Assembly: GCA_048013815.1 (NCBI GenBank)
Contig: CM106586.1
Location: 14,632,001-14,696,000 of the forward strand
Origin: Setoptus koraiensis
Lineage: Eukaryota; Animalia; Arthropoda
Direction of reading: 5' to 3'
Length of the DNA: 64,000 nucleotides
Shown here: one piece after another, positions 48,674 through 59,802 of the stretch
How positions within the stretch are numbered: the first letter of the stretch is position 1
How the letters are laid out: each line of letters begins with the position of its first letter
Made by a program: the position numbers and the translations under genes
The notes under the pieces: generated by a model
Databases searched by the model: none
The model's input: the letters and a program-made list of their open reading frames with translations, nothing else
What the model was told of the DNA's origin: nothing

Positions 48674-51296
48674 ATGAAGCTCGCTCTAAGCATCGCTTTG
48701 TTGGGTCTCTTTGCCGTAGGTAAGTATTGGGCTCGCATTAGTAATTAGATTGGTTATTATTAAGAGTAGTGATAATAGTGCAAACAAACAAAAAATGACA
48801 AGTATAACAGCAAAGATAATCATGTCCAGTGTTAATTGTTAATTGCAGTCAATCAAGCAAGTCACTGAATGTAAACAAACAACTGCTCATCAGCATCTGA
48901 CTAATCGAACCATTATGTGTTTCATCCATACCCACTATGCAAATGAAAATGAAATCAACCGCCAATCAATCACAAATTTGCGAAAACTACAGCCGCCTTG
49001 GCTCGCACTGACATCCAGCGAAAAGAATTCAAATTTGCACCAGGAAAGATCCAGACCTATGAATATCGCGGTCGTCTAGTCAACGGAATTCCAAAATTGG
49101 CCAACCAATACTCAGGCCTACAAGTTGAGAGCAAGGTAGTTGTTGAGCCAGTGAATGATCAACAAGTTGTGATGAAACTCGAGCAAATTCGAGTTAGTGA
49201 ATTGCCACGCCATCACAATGTTGAACATTATGAAAGAATTGGCTCAGACAGCTTTGACAATGTCAAATACAGCCAAAACAAGCAACTGACCGAAGAATAT
49301 CAAGGTGAATTGTCGAAGCCAATTCGTTTCACCTACATCGACGGCAAAGTTGAGGGTTTTGAGGCTGCCGCTGACGAAGCCGAATGGTCAGTCAACATGA
49401 AAAAGAGCATCTTGTCTCTATTTCAATTGGACCTAACACCAAGCAAAATCATTAAAGCAGACTCATTGAGACGCTTGTCTACACAAAAACAAGAGACCGA
49501 GCTAAGCACCATCGTTGATCCAATCACCGGCGAACGTCGCGTTGGTCAATTTAGCCCCGAAATGGTGCTCAGCAAGACATCGGCCCTGCCATTGGTGTAC
49601 CCAGTGTACGAGGACTCATTCCAGGGTATCTGTGAGACCCAATACCAGGTTGATTCTGTTGAGAACATCGACGAGCAAAAGCATCAACAACAGCAACAAG
49701 AACGCTACCCAGAATTCTACCCGCTCGACTCAAATGCTGACATGCACCACGACTCATACAGTCGCTCCAAGAGCATCGCTGGTGAAAAAGATTTCGACTT
49801 CAACGTGTTGAACGTCACCAAAACAATCAACTTCAAGAATTGTCTGACCGACCCGAGCGTCGCATACGACCAACATATCTTTGGCTCGAAGGCCTCAGTG
49901 TTGACCCAATGGCAAAAGGCTTACATTGAGCGAAAGCGTCAAGCCCGCTACAACAGCGTTCCAGAGGAGATCAAACAAAAATACTCAAACGTATTCACCT
50001 CAGAGGAGGAAAACAACAACGTTGCCGCCCCAATGCCGGTTGACCGTTACTCGTTCACTAAATACAACATCACCCAAGACCACCGAACAGGTTTGAGCCT
50101 CATCGAGGGAGTGCTAGCCGAGGGTAAAATCAAATATCAGGCCGACGGTGACGAGCTTGTGTCTATCAGTCACCAAAAGCTGAACCTGTTGAGCGTCAAG
50201 AACGCCCAGCAAGATTCGCAATCGTTGATGAGAAAATTCGAACAACAAATTGGCCAAGCAGAATATTACACAACAATCCAAAACGAGATGAGCCAACAAA
50301 AGTTGCAACAACGCAACTACCTGCCAACCACTTACTCAGCCAATGTTGCCAGTTACACCAAAGGTCTATACAACAATGTTGACAGCCACAACAAAATTAA
50401 CTTCAACATTGACAGCCACAACAAGGATAGCCACAACTCCGACAGTCACACAAACTGGGGCACCGACGTGTCGCACGGTTCGTTCGGACACGTGGACACA
50501 ATCGGAAACGCGGCCAGAACCGCGGCAAAAAGAAGCATCTGGCCCCAACGGGATCAAACAGGCGGAATTAAATTGGGCCGAGACAGCTCAAAGGTGCAGC
50601 CACCGTTCGCCAGTTCTGCCTCGTGGTACTCGCTGATTTCGGACGACGACGATGTGACCGTGCCCACAAGGGTGCTAGTGAAGCGCGTCATTCAGCTGCT
50701 GAAAGATCTGGCCAAGGCCGTCGAGTCGGACATTGTGTCAGAGGACACGAAGAAGGCCGGCAACAGAGTTGTGCAAATTACGCACATCATGTCCAATTTG
50801 CCCGCTGACAAATTGTACGAAATCTACGACAGAATCACTAGAAAATTGTACGACGATTCCGACAGCGACTTGGGCGCCACCATTGTGTCCAGCTCCGACA
50901 ACGATCTCACCGTTAAGATTATGCGCAGATTGTTCTTGGACTCGTTGCCTTTGGCCGGAACAAAACCTAGCGTTAGCGTCATTGTTGAACTGATTGAGAA
51001 GCGTCTCGTGAGCGCCTACGAGGCCAAGCAACTGGTGGAGGCCAGCCCTGCCAGCATCCGTTATCCGAGCAAGGACATCATTGACGCATTTGTGCGTTTG
51101 AGCCAAATACCTGCGGTTCGCGACAACGAAACCCTCAAGATGTCGACCTCGATCGCCGCGGCCAAAATGATTGCAAACGCGTACGCACGAAGCAAGAATT
51201 TGAGCCACAAATCGACCGTTTACGAGAAGCGATTGCCCGCTCATTTGCGCGAGGATCGCGATTCGGCCCTGATTGCCGGTGATGCCGACCCACGCT

Positions 51297-51339
<43 letters not shown>

Positions 51340-54300
51340 GAACTACGTCAGCTACGGCCAACAGAAGCTGCGCGGCGAGCTCATCGACGAGCTGGACATC
51401 GCCAAGTACGTGCAAATCTTCCAGGGCATGCTGGACAAATCGAGAAGCTACCACGACCGCGTCACCTACATCGAGACGCTGGCCCACATGAAGGTGCCCC
51501 AAGTGTTGCCCGTGTTGAAGCCGTACATCAGCGGCCGCATTTCGCTGAACCAGTGCCTCAACTCGAAGAGTTACGCCGACGACTACACCGTGTTCGAGCA
51601 CCAGCGCCAGCAGCACCAATACCGCAGCATGCGCCAACAACAACAACAACAACAGCGCCAACAATCTGAGACGGCAAGCGACAACAAAAACTGGTCCGAC
51701 AAAGACGGCAAAGACGCCGAGGAGTGCAACTTCCTGCGAACCGTGGCCATTTACGCTTGTGCCCACATTGCCCGTACCCAGGCGGCCAAGAACGAGATTG
51801 TACCGCTAGTGTTGCCCGTATTTGACAACACCTACGAGCCATACCAGATCCGCATTGCCGCGTTCACCGTGGCCACCCTGGCCGACATTGACGAGTCAAC
51901 TTTGGAGCGCATTGCGTCACAAATGTGGCGCGAGCCAAGCAAACAAGTGGCCTCGTTCGTTGTGGGCACCCTAGACACGCTGGCCCAAATGAGCCATCCC
52001 AAAATGGCCAAGATCGCCTACATGGCGCGCAAGGCCACCGAGTCCATGCCAAAGGAGTACCTGAACACGTGGCGATACTCGTGGCTCATGGGCGGCGACC
52101 ATTACAACAACGAAATCGAGCAAGGTTACTCGTGGATCAGCGAGCTGATTAAATCCAATGTGTCGGCGGTGCCACGTGCCGGATATTTCCATTTCGGTCA
52201 CTCGCACGGACCGGCCGCTCAGAACTACGACAACAAAATTGAGCTAGGCTGGACCGCCAAGGGTCTCGAGCAATTCATGGATGAATATTTGGCCGAGGAG
52301 GAGGGCTCCGTGTTGGCCACCCTGTTGCAGCAAGTGTTCGCCTCTAGCGACGACATTGAGCAATACTACGAGGACGCTCGCAAATCGTTCCACAACCACA
52401 ACCAGGGTGAGAATGAGCAAGACAATGAGCAAGACGATGACGACTTCGTCTCGTCGAGATATTCACGCTCGCAACTGGGCAGAGAAGCCGCCAACAAGCG
52501 TCAACAACATCGCGAAAAAATGATGAGAAAGATCAGATCGGCATCGTCGCCATCGGAGAGATCGTTCGGAAACCAGCAACAACAACAACAAAGAACAACC
52601 ACACACAAACAACAACAACAACGAGAGGAGCAATACTTCTCGCGCGACGGACAATCCTACTCGTGGGAGTCTAACAAAGAGGAGCCAAAATTGGCTTTGT
52701 TCGCAAAATTGTTCGACCAAACAACCTATCTAGCTTTAGACAAACAACAAATGAAAAAGATGGCCAGAGATTTCGATGATTACATCACCGAAGTGGGCAA
52801 GGAGCTGCTGTTGGGCAACAAGGTCACCTATGTCAAGATGATCATGCCCGATTCAATGTGGCAAATGGTGCCATCGCAAATGGGTCTGCCCGTCATCATC
52901 ACTCACCGCAAGCCAATCATTGTCAGCGTGACATTTGACGGAACAAAGAACAGCCCAACCACACAAACACAAACAACCACAAACAACAACAACAACGACA
53001 ACAAGTGGTCGAGATGGTCCAGCCCGAGCGGCCTTGCCCAACAGCAATCGGGCCTGAGCCACTTGAGCGTCTACGTTCACCCCAAGATCATCATGTCAAA
53101 CTATCGTTTCATGTTCGCCGTTGACCAAGCACAAAAGGTCGCCTACGGTGTCCAGACAGAGAAATCGGCCCAAATTTCGCTACCAGTCGTCATGTCGGCC
53201 GCCTACTCGCAACCAAAACAAATTGTCTCGTTTGCCCTGGCCCCAATTTTCCTCAACAACAAGCCACAACAACAACAACAACAACAACAACAACAGCAAC
53301 AACAACAACAACAACAACAACAACAACCACAACAACAACAGGACGAGGAAGAGCAAGTGATCGAGCCCGCTTTCCTCAACTACAATTCTAAGACCATCAA
53401 TTACGGTTCGCCCACAAACACCAACACCAACACCGACACCAACGCCGAAACCAAAACCAAAACCAGCACCAAGTCGTTCACTGATGAACTGTTCTCAAGA
53501 GGCGTCTTGGATGTGATCTTTGGCGGCCGCGTGAAGAGAAACTCCGTGTTTGAGATGCCATCGTTCAGAGACAACAAACAGCAACAATCGTCCCAATTCT
53601 GGTCCACCCAGGTCGCCAAGACCTTCGTCGGTGATCTGGACCTGTTCCAGTTGCAACAACAGCAACAACAACAACGCGCCAACTCGTTGTTTGACAGCCA
53701 CAACCGTGACAGCCACTATTTCGACAGTCACATAAACTCAGATAAAGAGTCGCATAGCCAATTTGGCAAAATTGCCAAGAGAAACACTGAACAAACAACA
53801 AGAACAAGCAACAGTTGGTTGGGCGACGAGCAAATCATTCGCTCTAAATCGTCTGACAACGTCAAATCGCCAATTAACGTGTCGCCAGCGAGCCAATTGA
53901 GAGAATTCCAGCGCACCTACAACCAAAAAGTTTTGGGTGTCGAGCTTGTGATTGACGGTGTCACAGACGAAGATCACTCTGATCTGTCATTCAGCAACAT
54001 GGACGACAAACTGCAACATCGTGCCAGCGGACCAAACGCGCACGTGCTGCACGTTCTAGACGAGCTGACCAGTCGCCCAAGCAAATACCAGGAGGTTTAC
54101 GGTTACCTGAGACCGAACCAGCTGAACAAGGAGCCAGTGTACAAATTTGAGGTTGCCCTGCAAAATCAAATGAAGGTCTACAACGGCCAACAACAAATGA
54201 GCTACATCAAGGAGTTGCACCAGCAACGCCAACAGCAACTGTCCGCTGCTGCCCTCAAAAGAGTGTCGAGAGAGCCCTTCTCAGGCAACGACGACGACAA

Positions 54301-54733
54301 AGAATACGAAGCAACAGGAATGGCAGATTCAGGCTTCTTGGACAGACCAGATTTGGACGAACCTCAAACCGACGACAAAAACGGCGAGAAGTCGGGCAAA
54401 GCGTCAAAAAACTGGCCAGGTAAAAAGGGAGGAACGGTGACACCGTGGCTATACACTGCTATGGAAAAGATTGACGGTGTAAACTGTTTCTCGGTGCAAC
54501 CAGTGTACAAATGCCCATACGGCATGGAGATGCAAATCAAAGAAATCGAGGTGACATTCTTCTGTCCCAAACGAGCAGACCAGCTACAAATGGCTCAAGA
54601 ATGGGCCAGATTGTCCGATAACGATGAAAAGATAGACGCAATGGCACACATGCTCGCAAAGGGCGATATGGCCCCGAAAAAAGTCTATGCCCAGCCTGAA
54701 AAGTGCTACATAGAAAAGCGTGTCCGTTATTAG
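48674..54733 (+). CDS. Vg: Vitellogenin / large lipid transfer protein, about 1,928 aa, 2 exons
   Basis: Exon 1 48674-48719 (MKLALSIALLGLFAV|gtaagt); exon 2 48993-54733, phase 1. LLTP motifs: YEYRGRLVNGIP...QYSGL, NMKKSILSLFQ, YEDSFQGICETQY, NVTKTINFKNC, LFLDSLPLAGT, IRIAAF, QVASFV, PSQMGLP. Furin-type RVKR site; C-terminal CFSVQPVYKC...FFC...PEKC. Confidence 0.9.
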
Positions 54734-55879
54734 ATGAATTGTTCCATATGTTTATTGCTTAAAAAATTTATGTCGACAACCGGTGTCAATGGCACACTGA
54801 TATATGGTCTTGATTTAAATAAACAACAATCATTCAGAGCCAACATCCGGCCAGCGAGCCGGTCGATTGCGTAATTGGCGTGCTGCCCATTAATTGGCTC
54901 GTTCTCATGTTGATGAGGTGTTTGCACTGGCACTTACTGGCACTCTTACTCTCACTCGCAAGGCCAAAGCTCAAGCTCAGCCAAAAGCTTGCCAGCCAAA
55001 AGCCGGCTAGGCGAATGGCGTTACTTTGTTTTTGTTGCATTCTCATGCGCGATTGTGTGCCAAGTCCGGCCATGTTGATACACCAATTTGTGTATATATA
55101 AATGGCTGGATTTGTGGATCAAATTGGCTATTTCAACATATCATATATCAACATATTTTATACAGGGTTTATAGATATCATATATGAGGGGTCCAGTGAT
55201 TGTCACCAATAATAACATAGATAATAGTGATTGTCAACAGATTGTCGCTTTGAATGCACGGCCCCAGATGGCGCTGCAGTCGCGCTGAAAATCTGGGCCC
55301 CGACCACGAAATGAAATTTTTGCAATCCCGACACGAGTGTGTCAATTGCGAATAATTTCAAGCGGATATTAGTGGCGAGCGAGAGACAAGCGACAATTAC
55401 TGATCGAGATATCAAAATAAACAGCACACGACAACGGAAAGAGTAGTGAACATTGACAACAACGACAAGTGACTCGACTTTTTGGCTGGCCCATTATCCG
55501 GCTGCGGGCGCCTATAACTGTCACACTGTCACTGTTGCAATCGCTGTCACGCCAGGCCCCGTCTTTGTGTCTCAATCTCGCCGGGCGACAGCGCCAAACA
55601 ATAATGTCTTTTCGACTTTTGCTCCCGCTGAAATCTCTCGTTTTCGCGGCCGCGCTGGCTGGAATATAGGCGCCGTTTTTGTTGTTGTTGCTGTGGTTGC
55701 TGTAGTTGCTGTGGTTGCTGTGGTTGTCGTTGCTGTCGTTGCCGTGTTATGGTAACGAAGCGCCAGAGAGCCTCTGTCGACTGCATCGATGATGAGCCCG
55801 CATCGACGATACTATGTATGTTTTTTAATGGCTTGGCCGTGGCGTTAAATTGTTGCCGTTTCGTCGACAGTCGCTCGTT

Positions 55880-56035
55880 GTCGCTGCTGTTGTTGTTGTT
55901 GTCGCTGTTGTTGTTGTCGCTGTTGTTGTTGTCGCTGTTGTTGTTGTCGCTGTTGTTGTTGTCGCTGTTGTTGTTGTCGCTGTTGTTGTTGTTGTTGTCG
56001 CTGTTGCCGCCGTTGTTGTGGACGTTGTTGTTGTT
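55880..56035. repeat. (GTT)n/GTCGCT compound microsatellite
   Basis: Directly visible array. Confidence 0.9.
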
Positions 56036-56510
56036 AGCGGGACATTAGTGGTAACATGTTACATGTGCATAAATAGAGAGCGAGTTGCATTGTTTGTGTT
56101 TGCTGGGGCCATTAAACGCGCCCGAGCGCCGACAAACTAGTTGTCGCTGTTGTTAAATTAGTGGCCGATAAAGACAAAGACTCTGCCAGCAATTAATTGT
56201 TTTATCTCTCTCAATCTCTCTCAATCTCTGCCAATCTCTGCCAATCTCTCGCTCGGTCCGTGTGTCAATTTCACACAAATGCACTAATCAATGTCTCACT
56301 GACTAACATCATGGACTGCGCCAGCATATTCTCTCGCTCTCGGGCCACTCCATAGGCCCATTTGGCAGCAGCGTCACAGTGCCATTAGAGCCGCAGAGAT
56401 TGTATTTATTTTGCCTAGATACTAACTGTTTTATTGGGCTCGCTATGGGCCCGACTGGCCGCTGGCGGCACCACAAAAGCTCCACGCCCTTCGACGCCCG
56501 CCGCTCCGCG

Positions 56511-56576
56511 GCCGGTGCCGCCGCTCTGAGGCCGGTGCCGCGACTCTGTGGCCGGTGCCGCGACTCTGTGGCCGGT
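56511..56576. repeat. 20-bp tandem repeat GGCCGGTGCCGCGACTCTGT, about 3 copies
   Basis: Directly visible duplication. Confidence 0.75.
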
Positions 56577-57209
56577 GGCGCGGCGCGCCGTCGGCCGGGA
56601 CGGCAGTGATACACCCAGTTTCTCTCGGCGTGTCTATATCAGTATGATGCACGGTCGCCGTTGCTGCTGCTGCTGTTGTTGTTGTTGTTGTTTTTGCTGT
56701 TGTCGTTGTTGTTGGTGTTGTTGCGTGAAAAACTGGGCGACTTCTTAGGAGCCGGCCGCGGCCGCTCGAAACGAATGCGCACGTGCACGGGCACCGAACG
56801 GCCAAACAAGTGACAATGTAAATTAATGCAAATTAGCGACTAGTGACCAGTCGCCAGTTCGTGCCGTCCGCACCCAGCCGGGCGCTGTCAGAGCCGCTCA
56901 AAACGGCCGCTGCTGACACAGTGCTTTTATGGCTCATTGTTTATAAAAATATACATATAATCATATCGGTGTTGCCATAGCGACGACCGCAGGTAGCCCG
57001 TGCGACCTGGCGACACAGGGCGCCGACTGACAGGCGCGTATCATCATCATCATGACAGACAGATAGACAGGTCGACAGGTAGACAGATGGACGGGCAAAC
57101 AAGCGTGATTCGTCGGGTTTGATTTTTTAATTCTACGCTAATCACATGCACTCTGCACCCACCGCCCTCTATAGGCCGTCTATAAGCGATTATAGACGCC
57201 AGTGCGTGG

Positions 57210-57332
57210 GCGAGTTTGTTTGCGAGCGAGTTTGTTTGTGAGCGAGTTTGTTTGTGAGCGAGTTTGTGCGGGTCCCGCGGCGACATGACGAGCGGACGAC
57301 ATGACGAGCGGGCGACATGACGAGCGGGCGAC
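57210..57332. repeat. Two adjacent 16-bp minisatellites (GCGAGTTTGTTTGTGA; CGACATGACGAGCGGG)
   Basis: 3-4 copies of each are visible. Confidence 0.8.
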
Positions 57333-58799
57333 TCCTTAAAAGTGCGCTTATATTCATATTAGTGCCATGATTACATTATTGACTCTCTCGCCGTGCCCAT
57401 GATTCTAAATTTATTATTGTCGCTTGGGCTCGGGCAAAGGGTCCAGCCGCCGTTTGCGGGACTAGCCGTTTGCGGGACTTGCGGCGCTTGCGGGATGGTC
57501 ACATTTGGGGCTCCGCGCCGACAGCATCGTCACATTGTCGGCACTGTCTGGCGAAGCTCGGTCGGGCTGGTCTGCATGCGGCCGACCGGCCCGACCGGCC
57601 GGGATATAGGATGATCGAGTGGGCGCCGTGGTCGAGTTGTGACGCACTCGCGGCGATCGGCTCGCCGCGATCCACTCGTCGGCGGTCGGCGGTCGGCGGG
57701 CCCCGATAGTTTATCCGTGATAAAGCGCATTCTGTGCAGCTATCTGTGCAGCTATCTGTGCGCCCGCGTCGCTTTGGGCCGACTGGTTGAAACGGTGAGC
57801 TGAGAACAGTTGGCACAGTGGAGCGGTGGCCCCGAACGGCGAGGAATTTCTCTTTGTGAGCGAGGGTGAGAGCAACTTTGTCAGCGCGTCCATTGTTGCA
57901 ACAAGCGACAGAAGTAGACAAACATGATAGACTCTCTCTGGCCACTGACAAGCACCGAATTTGCAGTTAGCGCCAGAGTAAATCGCCAAGAGAATATCCA
58001 GCAACGACGCGCCAGACTGAGCGGACCCGACAAACTGGCCAGTTCAACAATGGCCCCTGTCCAGCAATGTTTGCGCACTGTGTCCTCCGCCGGCGCACAG
58101 TCTCAACAGGTATGTGCCTCACCGACTTGAACTGCTCGCCCTTTCAACTGCTCGCCGTTCTAACTAGTTTCCACTGGTCACCGTCTCAACTGGCCACCGT
58201 ATCAACTGGCCACTGTGGCCACCGAATCAACTGGCCACTGTGGCCACTGTGGCCACTGGTGGCCGTCGGAGGTGTGAAGAAGCGACAACAAAACAGTGAG
58301 TGTTTGTGCCTCTCGAGCTGGAATGTGCCAACACACAATGGCATTGTTGTCGCCGGTGAGCCGATGAGCCGATGAGCAGCTCATTGTTTGTCAGCCGGCC
58401 CGGCCAGCTAACTGTGCGCCACAGTTATCAGAGTTAGCACAGTTAGCCGCTACCGCGTGACAATTATCGTTTACGCGCGCGCAGCGTGCAAATAGCGAGC
58501 GTTAAATCATGCTTGAACCGCTGGCACATGAAAGGAATATGCGCATTAAATGGGTTAAATTCGGCCATTGGGTCCCCCATCAGTTAGCGTAAGTGGAGCT
58601 GACGCGACCCGCGAACAGCGCACAAAGGCCCAAAAGGTGAGAGCTGGTCAGATATGCAAATGAGCCCGGCCTGGGTGTGCATTGTGCCGAGTGAGGTCAG
58701 CGCTGCGCGGCACAGGGGAGTCAAAAATGGGCGCCCATTGTGTTCGGCGGGGGTTTGTTTGCTCACTTGATTCGGCTGAAACGCGAGAATTCCTTTGCG

Positions 58800-59022
58800 A
58801 CCGCTGCCACTGCCACTACAACAACCACTGCCACTACTGCCACTACAACTACAACAACTACGACAACTGCAGCAACTACTGCCACCGCGACAACTACGAC
58901 AACTGCAACAACAACTGCAACAACAACTGCAACAACAACTGCAACAACAACTGCAACTGCAACTGCTACTACGACTGCGACGACTGCGACAACAACTACA
59001 ACGACAACTACCGCAGCAGCCA
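58800..59022. repeat. (ACT/ACA/GCA/CGA)n compound microsatellite
   Basis: About 220-bp trinucleotide array giving poly-T, N/C and Q/L ORFs in the three frames. Confidence 0.9.
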
Positions 59023-59724
59023 CGACGAGAGTTTATATACTCGGCGCGGTGTTTGTGTTGGCCGCCGCCGGGTCCGAGCTGCCCATTATGCACCGGCCAA
59101 TCGGATCGCCGAATTTATCATTTATCGGCGAGTTGGCCCGGCGCGGACGGGGCTCGGATTGTGTGGGGCGACATACCTGCGTTTGGCGTGGCTCGCCAAG
59201 AGCGCGGCCGCGGTTCGTCCGACGCCGAGTTTGCGCCGGCGGCGAAGAATGGGAAAAGAATGCGCCCACAACAATGGGCCGGCCAGCGCAGACTGGCCGG
59301 CGACCGGTCGCCTGGGTCCGCTTCGAGCGTGCGGGCCGGCGTGTTTGCCAAGGGTCCACATCGGCGCATTAAATGGAGTGAGTGGCACCAGTTGCTCGAG
59401 TTGATCTAAATCCGAGTCTCTAAAGTCTCTGGTGGCGCTTGATCCAGTTGCCGGCGCGCGGTTGACACAATTGATGCTGCTTCTCTCGTTTCGAAGCCGC
59501 CGAGTGTCAGCAGAGCGTTCGAAATGGCCGCTTCGAAGTGGCTGCCGCTGGTGAGAATTGGCGCAAACACAAAGCACGCAGCCAACACAAAAGTAATCAG
59601 TTATCACTACAATAATATTGTTATTGTTCGCACATCCACTGGCCGCGCCAATCCACTGCGGGCCCACTGGATTTGCAGCCACAATTGCCGGCGTGTTTGC
59701 CGTGCTCGAGCCGCTCGAGCCGTT

Positions 59725-59802
59725 CGAACTGCGAACTGCGAACTGCGAACTGCGAACTGGCCGAACTGCGAACTGGCCGAACTGCGAACTGGCCGAACTG
59801 CG
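59725..59802. repeat. GAACTGC 7-mer array merging into a 16-bp unit (GAACTGCGAACTGGCC)
   Basis: Directly visible higher-order repeat. Confidence 0.9.

Noticed and set aside
50738-51766. 342-aa antisense ORF and other shadow ORFs inside vitellogenin, MSK and NDOR1
   Set aside because: By-products of codon bias on the coding strand, with no motifs of their own.
58740-59372. Mucin-like Thr stalk plus hydrophobic segment (210-aa ORF)
   Set aside because: All three frames are open across the microsatellite; no signal peptide and no ATG start.
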